A DNA stretch of 64,000 nt from Stegostoma tigrinum. Taxonomy: Eukaryota. A program made the translations under genes and the position numbers. Of this stretch, positions 38,780-49,500 are shown one piece after another. The notes beneath the pieces are model-generated. The model was not told the DNA's origin and did not search any database. It saw only the letters and a program-made list of their open reading frames with translations. The first letter of the stretch is position 1, and every line of letters begins with the position of its first letter. The stretch is from positions 5,684,497 to 5,748,496 of the forward strand of contig NC_081387.1 of assembly GCF_030684315.1 (NCBI RefSeq), in the 5' to 3' direction.

Positions 38780-40312
38780 GGATATATGTTTGTGTCATGT
38801 TAACATGTTGAAAAGAAATCATTGGCAAAGACAGTAAGAGAAAAGTGTAGAAAAAATTTAAACCATGAACCAACAATCAAATAGAAAACAAGAAAGTGCT
38901 TAAATTATAGACAGCATCGTGTTTTATCTTCCAGAAAACTATTCAGGTGACATACAAAGGCTAATGCAGAATTATAGAATAATTTATAAAATAAACCAGC
39001 AACACCAATTTTGGCTGCTTATCATGTTAATGTGGAGGGATGTGTTACTTACAAAACAACACCCATACTCACTCAATCTGGAGATATTCACTCAAGTGAG
39101 GGAAGAAAATAAGAATATGACATTATTGAACTGAGTCATAGCAGCAGGTGCTCCCCTGTCATGATGGTGCCAAAATCAGACAGGCCACGATGATTCTGTA
39201 ATGATTATTGCAAAGTCAGTGTGGTTAAAAAAAGTGGACCTGTACCAAGACAGGAGGACTGAATTGAACAAATGAGATATGCTTGATTTTTCACAAAGAG
39301 TGGCTTGTGTAAAGTTTGTGAACAGATAGCGCTAAAGAAATATTGGCTTTTGTAACATCAGTGCAAAATAGATTAGAAAATGGATAATGAAATGCTTATG
39401 GTATAAAGATATGCAATGTTCTGTATGCGTCAATGTTTCACTTAGAATTTTTAACTGAGGTGAGACTCTCCATGTGTCATTTGAATAAAGTGATCATAAA
39501 CCTGTATTCACTCTCCAGAAACAACACAGAGGAGACGGAGGAACACAACAGGTCAGGCAGCATCAGAGGAGTAGAAAAGTTGATGTTTCGGGTCAGGACC
39601 CTTCTTCTGAAATGAAGATAAAATACAACCAACCAAACTATGCATGTGGAACACTAACTTAAAGATTTAGAAATGCATGGTGAGATAAAATCCCATTAAT
39701 CCCAAAACTACTCTTTTACAGTCCTCATCATAAAGAGAAGCTCCTGCTCTATCACTTCTATAGAATTAAATTAACTTTGACTTCAACTCCCAGTCTGGAG
39801 AATCTGACAATCTCTTCCTGGAACCCTCATACGCCTGTGCTTAAGCTTTCTCAGCTTCAAGTAGTCTCTTCAGAGTCATAATCAAACAGTCTTGATCTTG
39901 AACTATTGCTAATTCCTTACACTAAGGGAACCTATTAACAAGTGTAAACTATCTTTGTACTTTGTCAGGAGCAACTAATTTTGACATCTACCTTAAGCCA
40001 AGGCTTCTGCAGAAACCTGCCACACCCCCAGCTAATTAAAAAGTTTATCTTTTTTCGTACTGTGGGTGTTTCCCCTAAGTTCAAAGAAACAAGTCTAGAA
40101 TTTTCAATCAGGAAACGTGAATACCTTATTTGCTCATAATCTCTCAATGTAAACAATAACCCATGGCACTTGGAAGTTATCTCTCTCAAACATTTAAAAT
40201 AAATTACTGTGGCTACAAAAATATTTTTGAGTTGATCTTTAAAATCCTTTAAACAAACAGAGTCCATAGCTCAAAATTAAAAAATCCAAACTTAAAAATA
40301 ATTTCCTATTCA

Positions 40313-40655
40313 TTAATGGGATTAGGACGTGCTGGCTAGGCAGCATTTATTGCCTGCTTCTAACTGTCCAGAGGGCAATTCAGAGTCAACCACATTGCTG
40401 TGGGTCTGGAGTCTCATGTAGGTCAGAGCAGGTAATGATGACAGTTTCCTTCCCTAAAGAATATCAGTGAGCCAGACAGGTTTTTCTGACAATCAAGGAT
40501 GGATTCATGGTCATCATTAAATTTTAATTCTAGATATTTTATTAAATTCAAATTCCATCATCTGCCATGTTGGGATTCAAACTTGGATACCCAGAACGTT
40601 AACTGGGTCTCTGGATTAACAGTCCAGTGACAAGAACACTAAGCCAGCGCCTCAC
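40313..40655 (-). mobile_element. tRNA-derived SINE (same family as 18710-19050)
   Basis: B-box-like GTTTGAATCCC, TTTAGGGAAGGAAACTGTC core and GGCAATAAATGCTGCC tail on the minus strand. Confidence 0.7.
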
Positions 40656-41195
40656 CATTGATATTAAAATATATGTAAATCTCTCACCTTACATCACAGC
40701 GTGTGTGTCTGCGAAACACTGTATGTGAGGCAGTTTGTGACAGAATAAGTGTGTATGAGAGACAGCGTGTTTCTGAATGTTGATGACAATGAGTGTGTGT
40801 GAAAGTGTGATGTGTTAGATGGTTGCAGTGTCTGTGTGAATGGTGGGAGAAAGCAGAAAATGTTCTCAATATTTTTTGGTTGATTTTGTTTTAATGAAAT
40901 CCTCCTAACTTGGTTAACTTGAACCTTCTTCTTCACAGTCAGCAGACAGTCGCACACTGTAGAATGGACAGCATTCACTGTTGTCTTTATTCCGTCCCAT
41001 TGTCCATTCTCAGTGCTGAAGGGAACTACCTTTCCTTCTCTGTATTTTATCCTGTATGGAACAATATCAAAACCAGCTCCAATCTCAGTCAAACTGTCCC
41101 AGGTGAGTGATGGATCATACCAGTAAAGCTAGAGTATTAAAGGTTTACCAGATATACTTGTAGGACATGTAGTGACACTGGAACTCTCACTCCAC

Positions 41196-41237
41196 CTTGG
41201 TCACTGCTGTGTACTGCACTTGATTCTCCTGCTGCGG
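41196..41237 (-). CDS. Candidate MHC class I exon 7 (Ser/Ala-rich TAAGESSAVHSSDQ)
   Basis: GACAG|...|GTGGAG, 42 nt, phase 1; weak splice sites; possible terminal exon CATACAG|GATAA at 41051. Confidence 0.3.
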
Positions 41238-41889
41238 CTGTCACCGAGGGATTGTGAGGAATTTGGATTTATTGGACATATACACAAATTTCCATTCCTC
41301 TTGCTGGGGAGCTCGATATTCCACCCTGTACCCTGCACTGTCTAGACATGTTTGTGATTTTTGCCAGTCAAACTGATCATTTCTTGAAGACCGATCATGT
41401 CAAGGTTTGAACATGCAGGCTACTTGTGTGGAGAAAGGGTATAAGAAAGTATGCCTTAGAGTGATAATTTGCTAGCAGGAGTTGTCTAATCAGTTACTGG
41501 AGGTTGGATGGAGCAGGCTCATCAAATATTTTGGTCTGATCCTTGGACAAGACACCCTTTGCATTAACTAACCATACTCATATGGAAGAATACAGAGGCA
41601 ATTGAGGATGAAGGATTGGAGGGTGAGAGTGTGGAGACAGAGTGTGGAGGGTGAGGTACTGAAAGGTGAGGGAGTGGGGAATGAGAGATTAAAAAAATGA
41701 GGGACTGACAGGTGAGTGACTGGGGTGTGTCGAGTTGAGGAAGAGGAGGATAGGAGTCTGGGGGTTGAGGGACGAGAGAGTTAGGAATGTGGCACATGCG
41801 TCACCCTGAGTAACACCCAGAGAATGTAACTCTACAGCTTCCAATGCCTTCTATACCATTCCCAATACTTTGTCCCCTCAGTCACTAAC

Positions 41890-41922
41890 TGCAGGCTCTT
41901 GTGTAAGTCTCACTTGGAGAAT
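41890..41922 (-). CDS. MHC class I exon 6 (33-nt cytoplasmic exon DSPSETYTRAC)
   Basis: TTTATTTTGTCTCTGCAG|...|GTTAGT; 33 nt, phase 1, with a Tyr as in class I exon 6. Confidence 0.65.
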
Positions 41923-42315
41923 CTGCAGAGACAAAATAAATATCTGTTAGGATGGGGACTAATCCATTCTCAGAAAGTGAGGATGCAACGTGTGAGGTAA
42001 CACAGATTATGTAAGAAATTCCCATTCCCACACTCCTGTACATTCTTGTATTTTATGGAGATTTAGGGAATCTCTTCCATACAACCGATATTTAGTTGAT
42101 GAGGATGTGAGTGTGTTTTGGGGTGGGTTTAATGAAAAATATTAGACTTGGTCTGAGCTAATCACACAAAGAAACGTCAGACAGGGAACAAAATGTGTTT
42201 ATACTTGCATGTGTGGATATTCATCAGTTCCATTCAAAACAGTGCTCTGTACTCCCAGTGCTGGAGGTTCCCCCACAGTCAGTCTGCCCCCTGAGTTCTT
42301 ACATCTTATTCTTAT

Positions 42316-42423
42316 CCCTCCAAGGCTTTTTCCAGATGATTATTCCAAATATTGAAGCCATTGCAGTGACTAATCCAATCACAATTACAAGATGGGAACG
42401 TTCCATACTGTTTTCTGGGATTT
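42316..42423 (-). CDS. MHC class I exon 5 (connecting peptide and transmembrane)
   Basis: TTTCAG|; EIPENSMERSHLVIVIGLVTAMASIFGIIIWKKPWR; the phase-1 donor position reads G|ATAAGA; read-through gives DKNKM* (stop 42301-42299). Confidence 0.8.
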
Positions 42424-42859
42424 CTGAAACATATTCAATAATATCAGAATGCTGTCTGTTCCTGGATCTATTCTCAGTTGAGCTTTAGCTGGGTACATGT
42501 TTAACTGATTCCCACCCCTTAGGAATTGATGGGATTGGTTGAAACACTAGTTTGACATGCCCAATTACACTCTCCATTGAAGTCATTAAAGATTCTGTTG
42601 ATGGAGCTGTAAAAATCTAGTGCTGCAATCCAGGACAAAAGAGAACTATCTTCAAGTTAGAGTGAGATAATTTAGGATTGAAATCAAGAAACACTTCCTC
42701 ATGAAAATTGGAGTGGAATTCTGGAACTCAATTCCCTATGAGCCCTGAGGTTCCATTGAATTTTTCTAGACTTGAGATCATGAGACTTTTGTATGGAAAG
42801 AGCAGGAAGTGGGTAAAGGTAGTGAGGTAAGTCAGACAAGACTTCACTGAATAAGAACA

Positions 42860-43078
42860 CAAGTTGTTGGAAAAGTGCAGCAGGCCTGGCAGCATCTGTG
42901 AAGAAAAAGTCAGAGATGTTGTTTCGGGTCTAGTGACCCTTCCTCAGAACTGGACTGGACCCGAAACATTAACTCTGATTTTTTTTCTTCATTGATGCTG
43001 TCAGACCTGCTGAGCTTTTCCAGCAACTTCTGTTTTTGTTTCTAATTTACAGCATCCACAGTTCTTTCGGTTTTTATT
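42860..43078. mobile_element. PLE-derived foldback element in MHC intron 4, with hammerhead motif
   Basis: Imperfect inverted arms of about 70 bp (AAGTTGTTGGAAAAG...TTTCGGGTCTAGT / ACTGGACCCGAAA...CTTTTCCAGCAACTT); minus CTGAGGAAGGGTCACTAGACCCGAAAC at 42947-42921. Confidence 0.8.
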
Positions 43079-43171
43079 TAGGACCTCACTTAATGGTGGA
43101 ATAGACTCGAGGAGCTGAAAAGCAAGCTCCTGTTTCTATATTAAATATATGTACACATACATTGATAATCT

Positions 43172-43173
<2 letters not shown>

Positions 43174-43207
<34 letters not shown>
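43174..43207. repeat. (CA)17 microsatellite next to the alpha3 donor
   Basis: Directly visible. Confidence 0.95.
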
Positions 43208-43208
<1 letters not shown>

Positions 43209-43221
43209 GCCAATTCCTTAC

Positions 43222-43500
43222 CCCACTGATACAGCTTGGCCTCTGTCATGCTGCTGTGTTCAATTTGACAGGAATATTGATCACCATCCCCAGCACTGAT
43301 TTCAATCTCTTTCTGGATCTGATGGGTCCCATCGTGGTTCGGTCGAATCCCTGAGGATTGTGTCTCAGACGTGACCTCTCCATTCCTTAGCCAGGTCACC
43401 TCGATGTCTACAGGATAAAATCCAGTGACCAGGCAGGAGAGAGTGAGCGGCTTGTCCTGATGATTGGGCTCACTCCTGGAGATGAACACTTCAGGCTGAA
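43222..43500 (-). CDS. MHC class I exon 4 (alpha3, C1-set Ig)
   Basis: LSCLVTGFYPVDIEVTWLRNG...PNHDGTHQ...YSCQIEHSS; CACAG|...|GTAAGG; 279 nt. Confidence 0.93.
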
Positions 43501-43608
43501 CTGTGATGGGAAAGGGTGAGAACACAAAAAATAGACACACATTGACTGGAATAGGAGAACTGTTTCTGAAATTAGATAAGAACATGGGATTAAGACTGAA
43601 ACTCATAC

Positions 43609-43884
43609 CTTTCCTTTCAAAATATTTCTTTCCTGCTTGGAAATGTACATTTAAGTCCTGAACAAAAACTTCTTCCAAATGTGTTTTCCAAAATTTGTCC
43701 CAGGTTTCATCGGCATTCCATTTCTCTTTCATTTTCACTGTATTATGATTGGTTGCAATCCATTTCATTCTGACTGGCTCGAAACTCAGATAGTCCCTTC
43801 CATCAAATCCAACTCACATCAATCTCTTAATAGAGCTATCATCAGAGATTTCAACAATAGTTATAAACTGAAAAATGTGAATTC
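43609..43884 (-). CDS. MHC class I exon 3 (alpha2) with an in-frame TGA
   Basis: CTGCAG|...|GTATGA, 276 nt: GIHIFQFITIVEISDDSSIKRLM*VGFDGRDYLSF...KWIA...KEKWN...HLEEVFVQDLNVHFQAGKKYFERK. Confidence 0.9.
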
Positions 43885-44186
43885 CTGCAGGTGTCCAAAC
43901 AAAGAAAAACAAACAAAAAGATTTTCTAATTGAACATTGCAAGTTGTTTGGTAAGAGGGCAAAGAGGTTGGGTTTCAGTTAGAAATGGGGAATTAGAGTC
44001 ACAGTCTCTGATCAGACGGGAGAGAGGACCTAGCATCAGATAGAAATGGGGGATTAGAGTTACAGTCACCTCAGGAGATTGACTGAGTGGAGTGACCCAA
44101 GGGTCAGTTCTGGGGTTTAAGGAGAGTGGAATGATTCTGGGTGAAAACAGATAATCAATGTGCATTCTCTATAGGTTTGATCTTAC

Positions 44187-44447
44187 CAGACGTCTGGTTT
44201 GTCATTGTCATCATTGCTTTCAGATTCTCTTTTGTCAGCTCTGAATTTGCGTTCACGAAATTTGAGACATGGTCCCAGAATTTAATGCTGAAATAGTCAA
44301 CCATGAACTGTTGCCTGGGGATGCAACGACGGATCACACTGTCATGGTAACCTACTTGGACTCCATTGACCATCGCTACAGATGTCACCTCAAGAAAATC
44401 TTTAATGCCCGATACTATTGTGTATATCATTGTGTGCGTCTTAGTGT
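44187..44447 (-). CDS. MHC class I exon 2 (alpha1)
   Basis: DTKTHTMIYTIVSG...VNGVQVGYHDS...FWD...NQTSG, 261 nt, donor G|GTAAGA; the acceptor reads TTTACTG| instead of TTTACAG|. Confidence 0.88.
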
Positions 44448-45350
44448 CAGTAAAGAGAGATAATAAAGGAGGTCACCAAACACTAAAATAAGCATCATCA
44501 TGATCAACCTGGACTCTACTGACTATAACAAGCACAGAAACCTCAGCAATATCACTATTGTCAAAGACTGCCATGAAACATACTGTAAAGGTATTAACTG
44601 CCTATATAAACCACAAAAATGGGACAGTCAATAACCATGTACACATATTATCACATGACCAAAGTGACCCTCCTAACCAGCAAACATCCGAAGTGAGAAA
44701 TTCAGGTTAACCTGAGAGTAGGTCTATGATTTATTAACATAACCAGATAAGATGGGGAGGGAGTGAATCCAGATTGAAATGAAGAGGAACAAGAATATTT
44801 AGGAGGATGAAGTATGAGACCATGGCAGACAGTGACTGTGTGAACAATCTCTCTTTCAAACACGGGAATAGACAATCCAGAGCAGGATCCTCACCGTCCT
44901 TCACTGAGCTTTTTAATCACCCCTTTATACATGGTCAATACGGGGTTGGTGACTGAGAAAATCCGACCTATTCAACCATGAGGGCATCACAAATGAGCCC
45001 GGGGTGGGTTAAACACGGAGCATCATTCTCCTCCCAGCAGCCTTTACAAGGTTTTACACCAGGAATGATGAAATGGGTTTACTTCTCCCAATTGATGTGA
45101 AATTTAAAATTGTCCATGTGGACCATTTCCCAAGCTTCTGTGAGCTTGGGGTTTCTACATCCTGCTGTCAGGAGACCTGGACACAAATCCCACCAGAGCC
45201 TCCCAGGCTGTGCTGCCTTCAGTGTGTAAAATACCAGGCTGGCTGTAAAACGGGCGGCTGGTGAACTGTCCCCCATTTCAAACTCTCAGCAAGAGATTCA
45301 CATTCACCCCAGAAAGAGGGAAAGAATGGAAAACAGAATTCTGTACTTAC

Positions 45351-45402
45351 CAGGTGAGACCCAGGAAAAACACAGGGAGATGGAGAAAAGGATTAGCAGC
45401 AT
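45351..45402 (-). CDS. MHC class I exon 1 (signal peptide MLLILFSISLCFSWVSP)
   Basis: Hydrophobic 17 codons plus 1 nt, followed by donor G|GTAAGT. Confidence 0.85.
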
Positions 45403-45949
45403 TCTGGAAACCACTCACCCTATTCTAACCAGACACTGGGAATAAAACACTTTGAGGGGGAACAAATTGTTGTTTGTAAACTGGAAAAAAACAAAAACAT
45501 ATCCCTGGAGACTTGAGAGATTACAAGAGAGTTTACTGGATTTTACTAAAACTCGGATGAACTGTTTGTACATAAAACTGGAAGGAAACAAAGAAGTTTA
45601 TCAAAGAATTATCAAGACTTTGCTTCACTGTTAAAACTTCAACTTTGATCATCGTGACAGCAGAACCAGAGAGTGAATGATTGGTTAATTTTGGTCAAAT
45701 GACCAATTAAAGGGTAAACAAGATAACAAAGTGTGAAGCTGGATGAACACAGCAGGCCAAGCAGCAAAAGTAAACGGTTGGCTGTCACCAGTTACTAGGA
45801 AGAAGAACTCAGGGATTTATTATCAGGTGGAGAAATAATAGCGACTCACCTTTGTGTGGCGCACTTGTCTGAGGATAGTCTAAGTACTTCCTGAGGCTTT
45901 ATGAAACGGAGTATGGTAATGTGCTATATAAGGAAGTATTGGACAAGTC

Positions 45950-46162
45950 AAAAACCAAAAGAACTGCGGATGCTGGAAATCAGAAACAGCAACAGAAATT
46001 CTGAGAAAATCGCTGCATCTGTGGAGAACTAATGTTTTGGGTCCATTAACAGTGACTTGCGCATTTTGAAGAAGAATGACTGGATCTGAAATGTTAACTC
46101 TAATTTCTATCCACTGATGCTACCCGACTTGCTGAGTTTTTCCAACAATTTCTGATTTTGCT
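45950..46162. mobile_element. Old PLE-derived foldback element upstream of the MHC gene (plus a PLE scrap of about 45 bp at 45721-45766)
   Basis: GAACTGCGGATGCTGGAAATCAGAAAC and inverted GAGTTTTTCCAACAATTTCTG. Confidence 0.65.
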
Positions 46163-46494
46163 GGGTAAGTATTATGTTGGACAAAAACATTTTCTCTGAA
46201 ACCTGTGTGCACCAAGCAGCAAAGGTTGTGGAACACAGTCAAGATGGAATTGTAGAACTTAGGGCCCAAGTAGCTGAAAACTCCTTGTCTGGTGATTATA
46301 ATTCTGGAAGTTTAAAGTATTAGAGAAGGGCAGATATCTCAGAGTGCTGTGGGGTTGGAGGGGATTACAAACATAGGGAGAGGCAAGTCCACAGAGCAGT
46401 TTCAAAAATTGGACGAGAATTTATAAATGCAGCTTTGCTTCACCAGGAATGTCTGTAGATCAGTGAGCAGAGGGTGATTGAGGAAGAGCTATTG

Positions 46495-47630
46495 AGTCAT
46501 AGAGTCATACAGCATGGAAACAGACCCTTCAGTCCAACTCATCCATGCTGACCAAGTTTCCCAAACAAAACTAGTCATATTTGCCTGTGTTTGGCCTTCA
46601 TCCCTCCAAAAGTAGTCTCACCAACATCCTGTACAACCATAACATGACATCCCAACTCCGATTCACTCAACATTCTGAGCAATGAAGGCAAAGGTGACAA
46701 ACACCTTCTTCATCACTCTGTCTATCTGTAATGCAACTTTCAATGATCTGTAAATCTGAACCTCTAGGTCTTTCTGTTCTCCAACAGTCCCCAGGGCCCT
46801 GCCATCAATTTTCTAAGGCCTGCCCTTATTCATCTTACCAAAATCATTTATCTAAATTAAATTCCATCTGCCACTCCTTGGCCTGTTCGCCCAACTGATC
46901 AAGATCCATTTGTAATCTTAGATAACTTGCCTCACTGTCTACTATGCCACCAAATTTGCTGTCATCCGCAAACTTACTGACCATGCTTCCTGTATTCTCA
47001 TCCAAATTGTGTATATAAATGACAAACAAGAGTAGACCCAGTACCAATCCCTGTGGAACACTGCTGGCCACAGGCCTCCGGTCTGACAAACAGCCCTCCA
47101 ATGCTACCCTCTTTCAGGTTTGTTGTATTCGTTTCTGGGCAACTTGCATGCCACTTGCTTGGATTTAATACTTCTACTAATTTTCCTTGTAAGCTTGAGT
47201 TTGGCCACCCTTCCTGTTTTACTTTTGTGCAGAAAGGAATGAACACTTGTTACACCTTTTCAATGTTTGCCATCACCTTTCCACTGTCACACTATTAAGT
47301 AATATTTCCCAATCTATCATAGCCAACTACAACCATATACCATTGTATTTTTTTCTATTTCGATTTAGTCTCCAAAATCAACTATGTCACTCTCCACCTT
47401 CATGAAGAATTATTTTATATTATGGTCACCAAAGGGCCTCACACAGCTAGATTACCAGCCATTCCTTTCTCAGTGCACAATATCAAGTCTAGGCTGGCTT
47501 GTTCTCTAGTTAGTTCCTCAATCTAATGGTGCAGAAAGCCATCCCATATACACTCCAAGCATTCCTCTTCTGCAGTATTATTTATTTGATTTGTCTAATC
47601 CATATGCGGATTAAAGTCACCCAGAATTAA
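46495..47630 (-). mobile_element. CR1 LINE fragments (RT/3' end 46495-47110; endonuclease relic further right)
   Basis: SVPQGLVLGLLLFVIYI...SKFADDSKFGG; tail ATGACTCTATGACTC. Confidence 0.85.
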
Positions 47631-48049
47631 GGATAGAAATTCCAGAGCTCAGGGTAGCCACCATTGGTGAGCCCAAAAAGAAGATAGAGAATATTTAGAG
47701 AGCTGTAAGACCAACAATATATTAAAAGTTGTAAGGCTGGAGAAGGGTGCAGGAATAGTGGGGGAGCTACCGATAGATTTGAACATGACAATAAGAATTT
47801 TAAAATGGTGGTGCTTGAGAGCAATGAACTAATTTAAATCAACAATCATAAGGATAAAAATGGGTGATCAGGACTTACATCAGGCTAGTGATGCAGTATT
47901 TTGAATGAATTCACTTTTTCAGATGATACAAGAGGTGGGAGGAACAAGACTCCCTCCGCCCTGAGAGGGCCACACACTCCATGGGGATGCAGAGACTCCA
48001 ACAGTGACATGACCTTGGGTAAACAGACGTCGGGTTTCTGGCAATTTCT

Positions 48050-49000
48050 ATAAATCTTAAATAGGTTTAAAAATAGCTAGGATTAACATGTAATGATAAA
48101 TTGACTACACAATGCATCTCCATTTTGGTCTACCTGACCAACTGAAAAGTGGATCCGCTGTTTCTGCAGGAGCACAGGATACCACACCTCGGCAGGTATG
48201 AGAAATGGTCAAGCTTGTGGGCCCATAGGCCTTCAATTTGGTCAGGGGCAATGACTGCTGTTCCTCCCGCCTGGGTATTCTGCTGCAACGAGGCAACTTC
48301 AATATCTCCAAAGTTAAGGAGGCAGTGGGTGGGCATCTCTTGGTAGCAGATGTTATGTACAGAAATGTTCCTGAGAGTCTAATTAATGTGTATGGCCTGT
48401 TGGTGAAGAGTGAGTGGCTGGCTGATCTTCAGTAGCTCCCATTGCTGTTGGCAATGTCCAAGCTGGTCATTCTGGCTGGAGACTTCAGCTGCATCATCAA
48501 TGCAGGTGGGAGATCTGGAGGGGCTGATAGCAAACTGGACACCACATCTAGATTCTTGATAGAAATGGTTAAAGATGCCAAGTTACACTTACCTTCAGCA
48601 TCCTTGCAGATGCAGCGCAGCATAGATACACCTGTTCGTGACCAGACAGGTGTATCTGCTCAAGGATAGATTTCCTGTTTGTGCCCTGAGTGTTCGCGGT
48701 CAGATCCGCTGATGTCGAGCCAGTGTTCTTTTCTGACCACTTCCTCTGACTGTCACCAATAGGATGACTGGTGGGTTGACTAGGGAACGTGGAAGCTGAA
48801 TGTGAAACTGTTGACCAAAGAACACATGGAGGAGCTCAAAGTAGATTACACAAGTCGGAGAAACATGAAGCCCATCTTTGAGTTGCCAGTGGACTGGTGG
48901 GAAATAGTCAAGGGAACATTAAGACATTCATTATCCTCAACAGTCTTCTGAAAGCGAGGGAGAGAGACGGGATAAACTGCCAAAGCTTCTGAAAAGCACT
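48050..49000 (+). mobile_element. L1/Tx1-clade LINE ORF2 apurinic endonuclease fragment, degraded
   Basis: LFLQEH, LINVYG, VILAGDFSC, RIDFLF, FSDH and WKLNVKLL motifs. Confidence 0.8.
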
Positions 49001-49500
49001 ACTTCAGTGCTCAGGAATCCCTTTCAGCTCCGAGAGGAGGAACAACAGCTCCACAGATTTGGCAGGGGATTGGTGGGGCAAGGGGAGCTGGTGCGGTGGG
49101 GTGCTGCAGTTGGGTGTAACTGGAGATCCTGAGCCCCAGCACAGAAGTGAAGGAAAGAAAAGCAAGCAATGAAAAGAAAAGCAAGTAAAGGCAAGAGAAG
49201 TGAGCGAAAGAGAGTGAGTGTACTGAGAATCCTGCACTGTGAGTGGGGCACTGCGAGACCAGCTCTGTTATACCAACCACTCATTACCAACAACTGACTG
49301 CAAACCTCCACTTGATGCCTGGAGGTGACTGAAGGCATTCTGAGATACGAAACACCAACTGGGGCAACACCAGCAATATTCACCACCATCAGCAACAGCA
49401 ACCCACTCGTAAGGACCACCAGGGGAGGAAGAAAACCAGGATACTCATCAGACCGGTCCCACACGTCCAACTGCACTGGCAGACTCCACTAGACTGACTA

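Larger units (their letters stand above)
33200..39360 (+). mobile_element. Heavily degraded Gmr1-like Gypsy retrotransposon (integrase upstream of RT), interrupted by HE1 and PLE insertions
   Basis: Integrase relics AYHPQFKV, NESRGLSPFEI, FTGPY (35.0-35.45 kb), LCHVNMLK (38.79 kb), then RT relics KQHPY and SPVMMVPKSD...FCNDY (39.05-39.25 kb). Outer limits uncertain. Confidence 0.7.
41890..45402 (-). pseudogene. Nonclassical MHC class I heavy-chain gene, probably a pseudogene or null allele
   Basis: Six phase-1 exons of typical class I sizes (52, 261, 276, 279, 108, 33 nt) encoding leader, alpha1, alpha2, C1-set Ig alpha3, TM and cytoplasmic parts; lesions at 44449-44448 (TG acceptor), 43816-43814 (TGA) and 42315-42314 (AT donor). 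Confidence 0.88.

Noticed and set aside
43136-43768. 210-aa ORF as a stand-alone single-exon gene
   Set aside because: It is the second half of alpha2, intron 3, alpha3 and intronic (CA)n read-through; canonical splice sites define the real exons.
43814-43816. TGA as selenocysteine or programmed read-through
   Set aside because: It does not align with a Cys position, no SECIS was recognised, and two independent splice lesions point to inactivation.
45640-45710. SXY/ISRE class I promoter module
   Set aside because: ATTGG/CCAAT motifs are present, but I could not identify convincing S and X boxes with correct spacing.
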